Source: an uncultured Acidobacteriota bacterium | GTDB taxonomy: Bacteria > Acidobacteriota > UBA6911 | Reading direction: 5' to 3' | NCBI GenBank assembly: GCA_963827655.1 | Contig: CAWHCF010000044.1 | Coordinates: 1 to 64,000 of the forward strand | DNA length: 64,000 bases | Shown: piece by piece, positions 34,435 through 45,758 of the stretch | How positions within the stretch are numbered: the stretch's first letter is position 1 | Layout: each line of letters opens with the position of its first letter | The notes under the pieces: model-generated | Told to the model about the DNA's origin: nothing | Databases searched by the model: none | What the model saw: the letters and a program-made list of their open reading frames with translations, nothing else | Translations under genes and position numbers: made by a program

Positions 34435-34548
34435 CAAGCTTCGGGCACCCGCCTGTGGAGCCCACCCGCCTCCGACCGCCCGGCATGAGCGGCTGCGGCA
34501 CTTTGTGTCGCAGCCGGGAAGATTACCTTACCAACGGCGCCAAATAGC

Positions 34549-35397
34549 ATGGCCTGGTTCAAGAAGGAAAAGAGTCCGCTGGCCGTCACACGGGAAGAGG
34601 ATAAGACCGTCCGGACCGAAGGTCTTTTCACCAAATGCGAGAACTGCCGGGGAATTATCTGGAAGAAAGACCTTGAAGCTAACGACCAGGTTTGTCCAAA
34701 GTGTAATCACCATTTCAAAATCGGCGCGCTTGCGCGCCTGGGTCTGTTGTTTGACGAGGGGTCATTCCAGACTTTTGACGAGGACCTGGTTTCCCCCGAT
34801 CCGCTCCGGTTCATCGATCGCCAGCCTTATGCTCAGAAACTGGAATCTGCGCGGCGCGCCACGAACTTGAACGACGCCGTCGTGAATGCCCAGGGAAAGC
34901 TGGGCGGACGGCTTACTTTGATCTCGGCCATGGAATATGGCTTCATCGGCGGTTCGATGGGATCAGTCGTCGGAGAGATGATTACTCTCTCGGTCGAAAA
35001 GGCCGCGCATGAAAGAATTCCCCTTATTGTGGTGTCAGCGTCCGGAGGTGCGCGCATGCACGAAGGGACCCTGTCACTGATGCAAATGGGAAAAGTCAGC
35101 GCCGCCCTGGGCCGCCTTGACGATGCGCGCGTCCCTTTCATCTCGGTTCTGACCAATCCAACCACCGGTGGTGTCACGGCCAGCTATGCCATGCTGGGAG
35201 ACCTCAACATCGCCGAACCAGGAGCTCTTATCGGCTTCGCCGGACCCCGAGTCATCGAGCAAACGATACGACAAAAACTCCCCAAGGGATTTCAGCGCTC
35301 CGAATTTCTTTTGGAGCACGGAATGCTGGATGCGATCGTAGACCGCCGCGACCTTCGCAACTATCTGATTAACTCGCTCGACTTCTTCCTTTCCTGA
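34549..35397 (+). CDS. accD: Acetyl-CoA carboxylase carboxyltransferase beta
   Basis: C4 zinc finger, GGSMGSVVGE, SGGARM, GFAGPRVIEQT. Confidence 0.97.
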   Translation: MAWFKKEKSPLAVTREEDKTVRTEGLFTKCENCRGIIWKKDLEANDQVCPKCNHHFKIGALARLGLLFDEGSFQTFDEDLVSPDPLRFIDRQPYAQKLESARRATNLNDAVVNAQGKLGGRLTLISAMEYGFIGGSMGSVVGEMITLSVEKAAHERIPLIVVSASGGARMHEGTLSLMQMGKVSAALGRLDDARVPFISVLTNPTTGGVTASYAMLGDLNIAEPGALIGFAGPRVIEQTIRQKLPKGFQRSEFLLEHGMLDAIVDRRDLRNYLINSLDFFLS

Positions 35398-35402
35398 AAT
35401 AA

Positions 35403-36818
35403 GTGAACTACAGAGAGTCCCTCGACTTCCTCTATAGCCGGGGGAACGAAGTTAAGGACATTCACCTGGGGCTGATTCGTATCAGGACTCTGATGCGAGA
35501 GCTGGGGAATCCGCACGACCAATTTGCCGTCCTGCATATTGCCGGCACCAACGGGAAAGGGAGCGTTGCCGCGATGGCCGAGTCGATCCTGAGGCACACC
35601 GGCCGGCGAACCGGACTCTTTACCTCACCCCATCTTCGAAGGATCGAGGAACGCATTCGGGTGAACGGTCGCGAGATCTCGCCGCGCGCTCTTGCCCGGC
35701 TGGTTTCACGGGTTCGCTCGAAAGAAGAGGCGCTGCTTCGAGAACAGCGGATCGATCACCGGCTCACCTTCTTCGAGCTGGTGACTGCCTGCGCGTTTCT
35801 GCACTTCTCCGAGACCAGGGTGCAGATCGCCGTGACTGAAGTGGGCCTGGGCGGCCGTCTCGATGCCACCAACATCGTCTCCCCGCGGGCCTGCGTGATC
35901 ACCGGAATCTCTTACGATCATCAGAACCTGCTGGGGAAAACCCTGGGAGCGATCGCGCGAGAGAAGGCCGGCATCGTAAAACCTGGGGTTCCGGTTGTTT
36001 CGGGATGCACTCAGCCGGACGCGATACGGGTTCTTCGGAAGCAAGCAGACCGCGCAGGAGCGCCGATTCTGGAGATCGACCGGCAGTGCGCCATCCGCAT
36101 CACCGGGAAGCGGCAGGGGCATTACTCCATGGATTTTGAGACCCCGCGTTCCATCTACCGCAACTTGAGACTCTCACTGGCGGGTCGTTTTCAGGCGCGC
36201 AACGCTGCGCTTGCTATCGCGGCCGTCGAAGCCCTCGTAGACGGCCCGGCCAGCCGGAACGCGGTTCGGCGCGGCCTCGCAACCACTCGGTGGCCCGGAA
36301 GGCTTGATGAATATCGGGCCCAGCGCCGCACTCTGCTCGACGGCGCGCACAATCCCGAAGCGGTCCAATTGCTGCGCGATCACCTCGAGCAGGAAAATAT
36401 CGACCCGGTGTATCTCGTGTTCGGCGCCATGAGCGACAAAAATCTCAGCCGGATGGGGAAGCTACTCTTCCCTATCGCGCGCAGCATTCATCTTGCGCGC
36501 ATCTCAAATCCTCGATCGGCAGAGCCGCGCGTTATCGCCGCGCTGCACAGGCAGTTCCGTTCGCGCATCCACTTGCACGCAAACGCCCGATCGGCCCTGC
36601 AGGCGGCGTGGAAGGAGTGCCCACGGGATGGGATCGTGGTCGTCACCGGCTCGCTTTACCTTCTTGGAGAAGTGCTCCCACTGGTAGAAGCCGCCGTAAA
36701 GCAACGAAAGAAACTGCCAGGTTCACGGGCGACTTCGCGTCTTCGCGGATTCACTCAAGACTCAGGAGAAAGTCGCCGGAGTTCACCGCCTTTCCTTCTT
36801 CAACGCCGATCTCTTTAA
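35403..36818 (+). CDS. folC: Folylpolyglutamate/dihydrofolate synthase
   Basis: HIAGTNGKGS, EVGLGGRLDATN, DGAHN; follows accD. Confidence 0.95.
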   Translation: MNYRESLDFLYSRGNEVKDIHLGLIRIRTLMRELGNPHDQFAVLHIAGTNGKGSVAAMAESILRHTGRRTGLFTSPHLRRIEERIRVNGREISPRALARLVSRVRSKEEALLREQRIDHRLTFFELVTACAFLHFSETRVQIAVTEVGLGGRLDATNIVSPRACVITGISYDHQNLLGKTLGAIAREKAGIVKPGVPVVSGCTQPDAIRVLRKQADRAGAPILEIDRQCAIRITGKRQGHYSMDFETPRSIYRNLRLSLAGRFQARNAALAIAAVEALVDGPASRNAVRRGLATTRWPGRLDEYRAQRRTLLDGAHNPEAVQLLRDHLEQENIDPVYLVFGAMSDKNLSRMGKLLFPIARSIHLARISNPRSAEPRVIAALHRQFRSRIHLHANARSALQAAWKECPRDGIVVVTGSLYLLGEVLPLVEAAVKQRKKLPGSRATSRLRGFTQDSGESRRSSPPFLLQRRSL

Positions 36819-37248
36819 CTACTCCACTCTTCGGAGCCCGGATTTCGTTCTGCATTTTCATGGCTTCTATGACCACCAGGCCCTGATCCAACGCGACCTC
36901 GTCTCCGACTTTGCATAACAGGCGGATTACTTTTCCGGGCATCTCGGCGACCATGCGCTGGAGACCGGAAACCCCGACTTCGCCGCGACCTCCCGCGCCG
37001 ATGCGCCGGTGATCGGCGATCCGCAGCCGAAAGACTCCTTGTCGCGTGCTGACCGAACAGCCGTCGTCGGAAAGCTCAACGAAGATGTCGTATACCCGCC
37101 CGTCTATTATGAGTGAATAGTTCCCGTTCTGAAGTTTGACGTAGTCACACGGAACTTCACGGCCGTCCAGCAGCACCTTGCCGACTCCGAAAGCGCCCTT
37201 CAGCTCAACCGGAATGCGTTGTTCGCCGCAGAATATTTCGAGCAACAT
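36751..37248 (-). CDS. Biotin carboxyl carrier protein
   Basis: EAMKM biotinylation motif. Confidence 0.92.
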   Translation of the reverse strand: MLLEIFCGEQRIPVELKGAFGVGKVLLDGREVPCDYVKLQNGNYSLIIDGRVYDIFVELSDDGCSVSTRQGVFRLRIADHRRIGAGGRGEVGVSGLQRMVAEMPGKVIRLLCKVGDEVALDQGLVVIEAMKMQNEIRAPKSGVVKEIGVEEGKAVNSGDFLLSLE

Positions 37249-37282
37249 CTCCCCAAGCCACAGTTCTAAGCGTCTTCGTGAC

Positions 37283-38809
37283 TTAACGCGAAGCCCGCCA
37301 CTTTTTCCCTGAGACGCCGCCGACGGGCCTGGAATTCATTTTCCAGCGGTTGTTCCGGAGCGGCCTGACGATCGATGGCGGAGCGGATGAGCGATCGCGG
37401 TACGCAAGGGCCGCCGCCACCACCGCGGCGTCGGGAACCTCTGCCGGCTGATCTGTGGTATTCGACTCGCGCTGCATGAACTCTTCGATGAAATGGGTCG
37501 AAAGCCGTCCCGCCTCAAACTCAGGATCCGAGAGGATCCGGTCGAAGAACCGCAGATTCGTCTTGATCCCGCCTATCTGGTATTCACCGATGGCGCGCTT
37601 CATTCGTTCTATAGCCTGGGGCCGGTCGGCGCCGAAGGTTATGAGCTTGGCGATCAGCGGATCATAGTAGAAGGGCACCTCCCATCCTTCATAGACCCCG
37701 GAGTCGACTCGCACCCAAGGTCCCTGCGGCTCTAGCAACCGCTGAATGACGCCAGGAGATGGAAAGAACTTGTTATCGGGGTCCTCTGCGTATATTCGGC
37801 ATTCAAGGGCCCAACCCCGGAGTCGAACATCTCGCTGGCGCAAGGTCAGTCGTTCGCCGGCAGCAATCCGGAATTGTTCCCGGACCAGGTCGAGGCCGGT
37901 CACCATTTCGGTCACCGGATGCTCGACCTGAAGCCGCGTATTCATCTCCAGAAAGTAGAAATTCTTGTCTTCGTCCAGCAGAAACTCCACGGTCCCTGCG
38001 TTTTCGTAGTTTGCCGCGCGAACCACCTTGAGGGCCGCTTTTCCCATCCGCCGCCGCAGGTCGTCGTCGAGCGCCGGACTCGGAGACTCCTCGATCACTT
38101 TCTGGTGGCGCCTTTGTATCGAACACTCCCGCTCTCCGAGATAGATTGAATTTCCATAGCGGTCTGCCAGGACTTGAATCTCGACGTGCCTGGGACGCGC
38201 GACGAACTTCTCGAGATACAACGCCGGGTCGCTAAAGGCGCGGAGAGCCTCGGATGCAGCAGCTTCAAACGAGGCCGCCATCCGCGACTCGGTCTCGACC
38301 AGGCGCATTCCCTTGCCGCCCCCGCCTGCTGCCGCCTTCAACATGACAGGGTAGCCGATAGCGCGCGCTTCCACGATCGCTTCCTGGGGGGAATCGAGCG
38401 GCCTGTGTGTCCCCGGAACAATGGGAACCCCCTGCTGCAAGAGGGCCGAGCGCGCCTGAGTCTTGTTGCCCATGAGCCGTATAGAATCGGCCGAAGGACC
38501 AATCATCGGGATTCCCGCAGCCGCGCATGCCTCGGCAAACCGCGGATTTTCCGAGAGAAAGCCATAACCCGGATGAATGGCATCAGCGCCGCAGCGCTGC
38601 GCCGCTTTCAGTATGTTCTCGAACACCAGATAACTTTCCGAGGAAGGCGGAGCGCCCACAAGGTAGGCTTCGTCCGCCATTCGAACATGGAGCGCGCCCC
38701 GATCCGCCTCCGAATAAATGGCAATGGGCGAAATTCCCAGGTCGCGGCAGGCACGCGCAATACGCACTGCGATCTCGCCTCGATTGGCAATCAGCACCTT
38801 GCGAAACAT
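37283..38809 (-). CDS. accC: Biotin carboxylase subunit
   Basis: ANRGEIA, HPGYGFLSEN, EMNTRLQVEHPVTE. Confidence 0.93.
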   Translation of the reverse strand: MFRKVLIANRGEIAVRIARACRDLGISPIAIYSEADRGALHVRMADEAYLVGAPPSSESYLVFENILKAAQRCGADAIHPGYGFLSENPRFAEACAAAGIPMIGPSADSIRLMGNKTQARSALLQQGVPIVPGTHRPLDSPQEAIVEARAIGYPVMLKAAAGGGGKGMRLVETESRMAASFEAAASEALRAFSDPALYLEKFVARPRHVEIQVLADRYGNSIYLGERECSIQRRHQKVIEESPSPALDDDLRRRMGKAALKVVRAANYENAGTVEFLLDEDKNFYFLEMNTRLQVEHPVTEMVTGLDLVREQFRIAAGERLTLRQRDVRLRGWALECRIYAEDPDNKFFPSPGVIQRLLEPQGPWVRVDSGVYEGWEVPFYYDPLIAKLITFGADRPQAIERMKRAIGEYQIGGIKTNLRFFDRILSDPEFEAGRLSTHFIEEFMQRESNTTDQPAEVPDAAVVAAALAYRDRSSAPPSIVRPLRNNRWKMNSRPVGGVSGKKWRASR

Positions 38810-38968
38810 AATGGGTTACCCAGTATAGAAGCGAACGGACGATTTCACCACAAGGACGCAGCTATCAGCAAACAGCTGTCAGGGTCAGCCTTGGAGTCAT
38901 CGAGGTAAAACGAATGCGTACGTCTCCGAGCTGATGGGCTGACAGCTGACCGCTTACCGCCGGCTGGT

Positions 38969-40519
38969 TTAGAGCGGGATATTGCCGTGCTTGCGCGCCG
39001 GATTGGTATCGCGCTTGTTCTCCAGCATACTCAAGCCGGTGATCAATTTTTTCCGGGTAAGACGCGGCTCGATAATCTCATCGACAAAACCACGCTGGGC
39101 TGCGATGTAGGGAGAGGCAAATTTGGCGCGAAACTCTTTCACCTTCTGAGCCCGAAACTCCGCCGGGTCCGGAGCCGCCCGTAGCTCGTTCCGGTATAGA
39201 ATGTTCACCGCACCCTCCGGACCCATGACTGCAATCTCGGCGGTCGGATAAGCATAGTTAAGGTCGGTCCGGATGTGCTTCGAGGCCATCACGCAATAGG
39301 CCCCGCCATAGGCTTTCCGGGTGATTACAGTTATCTTGGGGACGGTCGCCTCGGCATAGGCATAGAGCAGTTTCGCCCCGTGCTTGATGATGCCGCCAAA
39401 CTCCTGCGCCGTTCCCGGCAGGAACCCTGGAACGTCCTCAAACGTGATAATCGGAATATTAAACGCGTCGCAAAAGCGCACAAACCGCGCTCCCTTGACC
39501 GAGGCCGCGATATCGAGCGTGCCGGCAAGGATGGCTGGCTGGTTGGCGACAATTCCTACGGGACGGCCGTCGAGCCGCGCGAAACCTACGACCAGGTTCC
39601 GAGCGTAATGCTTTTGAACCTCGAAGAAGTAGTGCTTGTCGACGACGATCTTGATGATTTCTTTAATGTCGTAAGGCTGATCCGGCTCCACGGGGACCAT
39701 CCCATTCAACTCTTCATTCTCGCGATCCCGTGAATCAGACGTAGGCCGGACGGGAGGATCCTCCATGTTGTTGCTGGGAAGGAACGACAGCAATTCGCGA
39801 ATCGTGGCCAGACACTCACGGTCATCCGTGACCGCGAAATGCGCCACGCCGCTGGTCGCATTGTGAGTCATCGCTCCACCCAGGTCGTTCATAGTCACTT
39901 CTTCATGCGTGACCGTCTTGATTACGTCGGGACCGGTGACAAACATGTAGCTCGAGCCCACTACCATCAAAACGAAATCCGTAATGGCAGGCGAGTAGAC
40001 GGCGCCGCCGGCGCAAGGTCCCATGATGGCCGAGATCTGAGGGACGACACCGCTGGCCAGCGTGTTTCGGAGAAAGATATCCGCGTAACCGCCGAGACTC
40101 ACCACCCCTTCCTGAATGCGGGCCCCGCCCGAGTCATTGAGACCTATGATCGGAGCGCCCACTTTCATGGCCATGTCCATGACCTTGCAGATCTTTTCGG
40201 CATAGGTCTCACTCAGACTTCCTCCGAAAACTGTGAAGTCCTGCGCGAAAACGTAAGTCAGGCGGCCGTCGATTCGTCCGTAGCCGGTTACAACCCCGTC
40301 CCCCGGAATTTTCTGAGCCGGCATGCCGAAATCAGAACAGCGATGCTCGACGAATTTGTCCATCTCCTCGAATGACCCCTCATCCAGGAGAAAGTGAATT
40401 CGTTCTCTCGCGGTTAATTTGGATGCGTCGTGCTGGCGTTTCTGCCTTTCGGGTCCGCCCCCCTCTTCGGCCCGCCGATGGAGTGATTCAAGTTCAGCCA
40501 GCTTCTGTGCAATATCCAT
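38969..40519 (-). CDS. pccB: Acyl-CoA (propionyl/methylmalonyl-CoA) carboxyltransferase beta
   Basis: [36 protein letters not shown]. Confidence 0.9.
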   Translation of the reverse strand: MDIAQKLAELESLHRRAEEGGGPERQKRQHDASKLTARERIHFLLDEGSFEEMDKFVEHRCSDFGMPAQKIPGDGVVTGYGRIDGRLTYVFAQDFTVFGGSLSETYAEKICKVMDMAMKVGAPIIGLNDSGGARIQEGVVSLGGYADIFLRNTLASGVVPQISAIMGPCAGGAVYSPAITDFVLMVVGSSYMFVTGPDVIKTVTHEEVTMNDLGGAMTHNATSGVAHFAVTDDRECLATIRELLSFLPSNNMEDPPVRPTSDSRDRENEELNGMVPVEPDQPYDIKEIIKIVVDKHYFFEVQKHYARNLVVGFARLDGRPVGIVANQPAILAGTLDIAASVKGARFVRFCDAFNIPIITFEDVPGFLPGTAQEFGGIIKHGAKLLYAYAEATVPKITVITRKAYGGAYCVMASKHIRTDLNYAYPTAEIAVMGPEGAVNILYRNELRAAPDPAEFRAQKVKEFRAKFASPYIAAQRGFVDEIIEPRLTRKKLITGLSMLENKRDTNPARKHGNIPL

Positions 40520-40577
40520 GGGAACAGTAGGTAGGCGGTAGGCAGGAGCAGCAGTAAACAGTGAGCGGCGGTTCTGC

Positions 40578-41240
40578 TTACCGCCTGCTGCCTACTGCAT
40601 CTGCCATTTTCTCCCAATCCTTGAGGAATCGCTCCAGCCCGATGTCCGTGAGCGGATGCTTCAGCAGCTGCTCCAGGACTTTATAAGGCATGGTGGCTAC
40701 GTGGGCCCCAAGTATGGCGGCTTCGCGAACGTGCAGCGGGTTGCGGCAGCTCGCCACCAGAATCTGTGTCTTGAACTGGTAATTGCGAAAAACCTGAACC
40801 AGATCGGCAATCAGACTCATACCAACCTGGCTGATGTCATCAAACCTTCCTACGAATGGAGAGACGTACGTCGCCCCGAGCCGCGCCGCGATCAAGGCCT
40901 GATTCACCGTGAAGCACAGAGTGACATTCGTATTAATACCTTCGCTCGATAGCTGCTTGAGCGCCTTCATCCCTTCCTTGATCATCGGCACCTTTACCAC
41001 GATATTCTGGTGCACCTTCGCCAGGTCGTAGGCTTCCCGAAGAATTCCCGCGCAATCCGTGCTCACAACCTCAGCGCTGATTGGACCATCTACGAGCCTG
41101 GTGATTTCGCGCAGGACATCCTTAAAATCGCGCCCCTCCTTGGCAACCAGTGATGGATTGGTCGTGACGCCGTCGATCATGCCGTACTCCGCGGCGTCTC
41201 TGATTTCTTCAATGTTCGCTGTATCCAAGAAGAATTTCAT
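40578..41240 (-). CDS. fsa: Transaldolase / fructose-6-phosphate aldolase (short type)
   Basis: [30 protein letters not shown]. Confidence 0.92.
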   Translation of the reverse strand: MKFFLDTANIEEIRDAAEYGMIDGVTTNPSLVAKEGRDFKDVLREITRLVDGPISAEVVSTDCAGILREAYDLAKVHQNIVVKVPMIKEGMKALKQLSSEGINTNVTLCFTVNQALIAARLGATYVSPFVGRFDDISQVGMSLIADLVQVFRNYQFKTQILVASCRNPLHVREAAILGAHVATMPYKVLEQLLKHPLTDIGLERFLKDWEKMADAVGSRR

Positions 41241-41341
41241 GGTTCCCTTCCTCTCTTTTCAAAGATCATACGTGTCAGGCCTTGAAAATTCAATTTCTCG
41301 TGGTAATCCGACGTGCACAAGATCGACCCCAGATTGAATCT

Positions 41342-42412
41342 TCAGGGCCTGACATGTATTTTCGCGGGCATTCCCTCATTCCCGTTGCCGTCGACCGCGG
41401 CTACGTCGTACTCATAGCTCTTGCCTGATTGCACGGTCTCGTCACGATAGCTCAGGGTTGTGATCAGACTGCTCTGGAGCGCAACACGATCACCGGCGCC
41501 TACCTCCTGGCGATGGATCTTATAGCCCGAAACGTCGGTTTCAGCCGGAGCCGCCCAGAGCAGGATTACCACGCCCGACTCGACCACGGCATCAAGCTGG
41601 ACCGGCTTCCCGGGAGGAAACGTATCTCGGGTTACAATCCTGACCGGCTTCGAACGGGCGCTTTCTGCGTAAGGATTCTCGGTGCTGGTTATCACGCTGA
41701 CTGCGTAGTGATAGGTCTTGTCAAACTGAAAATTCCGGTCTTCGAACTCCGGCGCCTGAAGCAGCTCTTTGTTCAGAGGAACATCAGGCAATGGCTGGGA
41801 TTCTTCCGTACGGTAGACGTTGTATCCCGCAATCCCGGGCGGTCGAGTGCCATCGACGTTTTCGGCCGGAGGGGTCCAGTTCAACCGCACCATATCCTGA
41901 GCAGGAGTCAACCGCAGATCAGCTGGCGCTGCCGGGACAGCGATGGGCGCCAGGTTGACTTGATTGCTGAATCCAGCCGTCTCATTCCTCTTGTTAACGA
42001 ATCGCACGGCATAGTAGAAGCGAAGTGAACGATCGCCGGCGGCCAAGTCGTCTTGAAACACCAGGGTTCCGTCTCGGGCGTAGCCGTCGAACTTGTCCGG
42101 CGGAATCCGGAGCAGAAGCTCGGCGCGTCCGAGAAACTCCTCATCGCTCCACTGACGTGGACCATCGGTTCGTTCTTGCGTCAAGCGAAACACCTCCACT
42201 GCCCCAGGATTAGTAAAAGGGGAACCGTCGGTGTTCGAGACCGGCATCGACACGGTAAGCATGGCCTTGTCGGAGTATTGGCGCACCTGGAGATCGGCCG
42301 GAGGCTTCGGGACTTGCACTCGAGGAGGTTGAGGGTCGCCGGTCTTCGCGCATCCAACGAACAATACCGGAAAGACGAGCACAAGCACAGCGGGGAGACG
42401 CACGGGGGACAT
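41342..42412 (-). CDS. Fibronectin type III domain lipoprotein
   Basis: Lipobox FVGC, C.K.GDP.PP, FN3 W..P/GYNVYR/Y.Y.V repeats. Confidence 0.8.
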   Translation of the reverse strand: MSPVRLPAVLVLVFPVLFVGCAKTGDPQPPRVQVPKPPADLQVRQYSDKAMLTVSMPVSNTDGSPFTNPGAVEVFRLTQERTDGPRQWSDEEFLGRAELLLRIPPDKFDGYARDGTLVFQDDLAAGDRSLRFYYAVRFVNKRNETAGFSNQVNLAPIAVPAAPADLRLTPAQDMVRLNWTPPAENVDGTRPPGIAGYNVYRTEESQPLPDVPLNKELLQAPEFEDRNFQFDKTYHYAVSVITSTENPYAESARSKPVRIVTRDTFPPGKPVQLDAVVESGVVILLWAAPAETDVSGYKIHRQEVGAGDRVALQSSLITTLSYRDETVQSGKSYEYDVAAVDGNGNEGMPAKIHVRP

Positions 42413-43818
42413 TACAGAATGTACCGGCTCAGATCCTTGTCCTTCACGATCTCCCCAAGGCGGTCTCGCACGTATCCAGCATCGATTCGCACGGCTTTCC
42501 TTTTGAGTTCCATTCCCTGGAACGAGACGTCTTCCAGAAGCGCTTCCATGATGGTGTGGAGCCGGCGGGCGCCGATGTTTTCGGCGTTGTGGTTGACCAG
42601 GCAGGCCAGGCTGGCGATCTCTCGAATGGCATCCTCGGTAAAGCGAAGCCTTATCCCCTCGGTCTCCATCAAAGCCGTGTATTGCTTGATGAGGGCATTC
42701 TTGGGCTCTTTCAGTATTCGGACAAAGTCGTCCTCACCCAAGGTCTTCATCTCCACCCTGATAGGAAACCGCCCCTGGATTTCCGGAATGAGGTCCGAGG
42801 GCTTTGAGACGTGAAAGGCTCCGGCGGCGATAAAGAGGATATGATCCGTTCGCAACATTCCGTACCTGGTGTTGACGTTCGTGCCCTCGACGATCGGGAG
42901 AATGTCTCGCTGCACCCCTTCACGGCTTACATCAGGCCCGTGGCCCGACTCGCGTCCCGCAATCTTGTCGATCTCGTCGAGAAAAATGATTCCGTTCTGC
43001 TCTACTCGCTCCAGGGCTAAACGCGCTACCTGATCCATGTCGACCAATTTCTGTTCTTCTTCCTGAACGATGTATTCGGCCGCCTCGTCGACCCGCATCC
43101 GTCGCTTCTTGGGTTTTCCTTCCATCAGTCCCGCCAGGAGGTCACGCATGTTGAACTGCAGTTCTTCGAGGCTCGACCCTTCGAATACCTGCAAGGAGAG
43201 CGGGCTCATCGTGTGTTCCCGAACTTCCAGTTCGACCAGGCGGTGGTCCAGCTTGCCTGTCCTCAACTGCCGTCGTAGTTTCTCGCGCATCCGCTCCACG
43301 CGACCCAGTTCCCTGCCGTCGTCTTCCGGCGTACTGTCGTCGGGAACCGGCTGCAGGCTGGGCAGCAATAGATCGAGCAGACGTTCTTCGCCGTTTTGCT
43401 CCGCCTTTTCTTCAATCTCGGCTACTTTCTCGATCCGAACCATATCGACCGCAATCTCAACCAGGTCGCGCACCATGGATTCCACGTCCCGGCCGACGTA
43501 ACCAACTTCAGTAAATTTCGTAGCCTCGACTTTGAGGAAGGGGGAGTTTGCCAGGCGAGCCAAACGCCGCGCGATTTCGGTCTTTCCTACTCCGGTCGGA
43601 CCGATCATGATGATGTTCTTGGGCGCGATTTCTTCGGCCATCTCGTCATCGAGTTTTTGGCGGCGGATGCGGTTGCGCAGCGCAATGGCCACCGCCTTTT
43701 TCGCCCCCCGCTGTCCCACGACATACTTGTCCAGTTCGGCGACTATCTCGCGCGGCAGCATCTCGTCGAGCCCCCGCGTGTTCGCGGGCCGGCGTCGTGC
43801 AGCTTCAAGTATTCTCAT
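42412..43818 (-). CDS. hslU: ATP-dependent protease ATPase subunit HslU
   Basis: [25 protein letters not shown]; start uncertain. Confidence 0.96.
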   Translation of the reverse strand: MRILEAARRRPANTRGLDEMLPREIVAELDKYVVGQRGAKKAVAIALRNRIRRQKLDDEMAEEIAPKNIIMIGPTGVGKTEIARRLARLANSPFLKVEATKFTEVGYVGRDVESMVRDLVEIAVDMVRIEKVAEIEEKAEQNGEERLLDLLLPSLQPVPDDSTPEDDGRELGRVERMREKLRRQLRTGKLDHRLVELEVREHTMSPLSLQVFEGSSLEELQFNMRDLLAGLMEGKPKKRRMRVDEAAEYIVQEEEQKLVDMDQVARLALERVEQNGIIFLDEIDKIAGRESGHGPDVSREGVQRDILPIVEGTNVNTRYGMLRTDHILFIAAGAFHVSKPSDLIPEIQGRFPIRVEMKTLGEDDFVRILKEPKNALIKQYTALMETEGIRLRFTEDAIREIASLACLVNHNAENIGARRLHTIMEALLEDVSFQGMELKRKAVRIDAGYVRDRLGEIVKDKDLSRYIL

Positions 43819-43905
43819 GCCTTGATTGCGGATTCCCGATTGCTGATTGCGGACTGAAACCGGTGACTCCGTTTCGGTCAACCGCAAATTCAATCGGCTA
43901 TCGGA

Positions 43906-44451
43906 TTATAGTTCTTCGACCACTATCTCGCCATTCGTATAAATACAGATTTCGCTCGCCACCCTGAGAGCTTCGAGAGCAACCTTCTTGGCTGGAAGTT
44001 TCGTGTGCCGGAGGAGGGCGCGCGCCGCAGCAAGGGCGTAAGTTCCCCCGGAGCCAACGGCCAGAACACCGTCGTCGGGCTCGATGACGTCGCCCGTCCC
44101 TGAAAGGAGATAAGTGGACCTGCCGTCGGTTGCCAGCAAGAACGCCTCAAGATGGCGCAATGCCCGATCGGTTCGCCATTCCTGAGCCAGGTCGACGGCG
44201 GCACGGTTCAGATTGCCTTGAAACTGCTCGAGCTTTGCCTCGAAGCGGGAGAAAAGAGCAAAGGCGTCCGCGGTAGCTCCAGCGAAACCCACGAGAATTC
44301 GATCGTTGTACATGCGGCGTATTTTTTTGGCACTCTGCTTGACGACAGTATCGCCCATGGTAACCTGACCGTCTCCGGCCATGGCAGTCTGGTTCCCACG
44401 CCGGACCAGCAGTACCGTGGTTCCTCGAAAAGGCGATGCCAACTTGATCAT
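43906..44451 (-). CDS. hslV: ATP-dependent protease subunit HslV
   Basis: GTT catalytic Thr, [19 protein letters not shown]. Confidence 0.96.
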   Translation of the reverse strand: MIKLASPFRGTTVLLVRRGNQTAMAGDGQVTMGDTVVKQSAKKIRRMYNDRILVGFAGATADAFALFSRFEAKLEQFQGNLNRAAVDLAQEWRTDRALRHLEAFLLATDGRSTYLLSGTGDVIEPDDGVLAVGSGGTYALAAARALLRHTKLPAKKVALEALRVASEICIYTNGEIVVEEL

Positions 44452-44594
44452 AACCTCATTGACAATCTGCTGAGTACAAATCCACAAATGAAGACGCGGG
44501 CACGCTCAATTGTTGATTGTCCATTGCCAATTGTCAATTCGCGTGAATCAGGTTGTACCGCAGCCACGCTTTCAGTAAGCTAGCTCGCTCTTCT

Positions 44595-45758
44595 ATGAAC
44601 TTTCTTCAATACCTTAGTTGCCCAAAGTGCTCGACGCGGTTTACCGGAGGAGTGGTTCACACTCTCTGCCGCTGCGGTTCTCCGCTTCTGGTCGAGTACG
44701 ATCTGGAACGGGCGCGCCAGAGTTTCGCTCGCTCATCCCTCAACGGTAGATCCGCAACCATGTGGCGCTATGCCGAACTGCTCCCGGTTCAGAATGACAC
44801 GAACATCGTATCCCTGGGCGAGGGATTCACGCCTCTCATTGCGACCGCTCGCCTGGGGAGAGCGCTCGGTTTACCGCATCTCTACATTAAAGACGAATCG
44901 ACCAATCCCACCGGATCCTTCAAGGCCCGGGGACTCAGCGCCGCGGTCAGTATGGCGAAAGAGTTGGGGTTGAAGAAGCTGGCCATTCCGTCGGCAGGAA
45001 ACGCCGCTGGAGCCATGGCAGCCTATGCCGCCCACGCCGGCCTCCAGTCTTACATATTCATGCCAGCCGATACTCCCCGGGCGAATATCCGCGAAGCTGA
45101 GGTCTTCGGGGCGCAGGTAAATCTGGTTAACGGCCTCATATCCGACTGCGGCAGAATTGTAGGAGAGCGCAAGGATCAAGAAGGCTGGTTCGACCTCTCC
45201 ACACTCAAAGAGCCTTATCGAATCGAAGGCAAGAAAACGATGGGCTATGAGCTGGCGGAACAGCTGGGGTGGGAACTGCCGGACGTGATTCTTTATCCGA
45301 CCGGCGGCGGGACCGGGCTGATCGGAATGTGGAAAGCGTTCCGGGAAATGGAAACGCTCGGCTGGATTGGTTCCAGCCGTCCCCGAATGGTAACGGTCCA
45401 GTCCGCAGGCTGCGCTCCATTGGTGCGCGCTTTTCACAATAACGAGACCAGCGCCGCGTTCTGGAACGACGCCCGGACCATCGCTTCGGGTCTCCGGGTG
45501 CCTCGCGCGATCGGCGATTTCCTCATCCTGCAGGCGTTGCGCGAAAGCCATGGCACGGCCGTCGCAGTAGAGGATAGCGAACTGGTTGATGCGATGAAGT
45601 TGTGCGGCAGGCTCGAAGGTCTTTTTCTCTGTCCTGAAGGCGCCGCCTGTCTACCGGCTTTGAGGAAACTGGTCGAGGCGGGCTGGGTCGGCGCTGACGA
45701 GAAGGTCGTGGTATTCAACACCGGCACGGGACTGAAATACCTGGAGGTGTTCGATTGA
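44595..45758 (+). CDS. thrC: Threonine synthase
   Basis: NPTGSFKARG, SAGNA, PTGGGTG, NTGTGLKY. Confidence 0.88.
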   Translation: MNFLQYLSCPKCSTRFTGGVVHTLCRCGSPLLVEYDLERARQSFARSSLNGRSATMWRYAELLPVQNDTNIVSLGEGFTPLIATARLGRALGLPHLYIKDESTNPTGSFKARGLSAAVSMAKELGLKKLAIPSAGNAAGAMAAYAAHAGLQSYIFMPADTPRANIREAEVFGAQVNLVNGLISDCGRIVGERKDQEGWFDLSTLKEPYRIEGKKTMGYELAEQLGWELPDVILYPTGGGTGLIGMWKAFREMETLGWIGSSRPRMVTVQSAGCAPLVRAFHNNETSAAFWNDARTIASGLRVPRAIGDFLILQALRESHGTAVAVEDSELVDAMKLCGRLEGLFLCPEGAACLPALRKLVEAGWVGADEKVVVFNTGTGLKYLEVFD

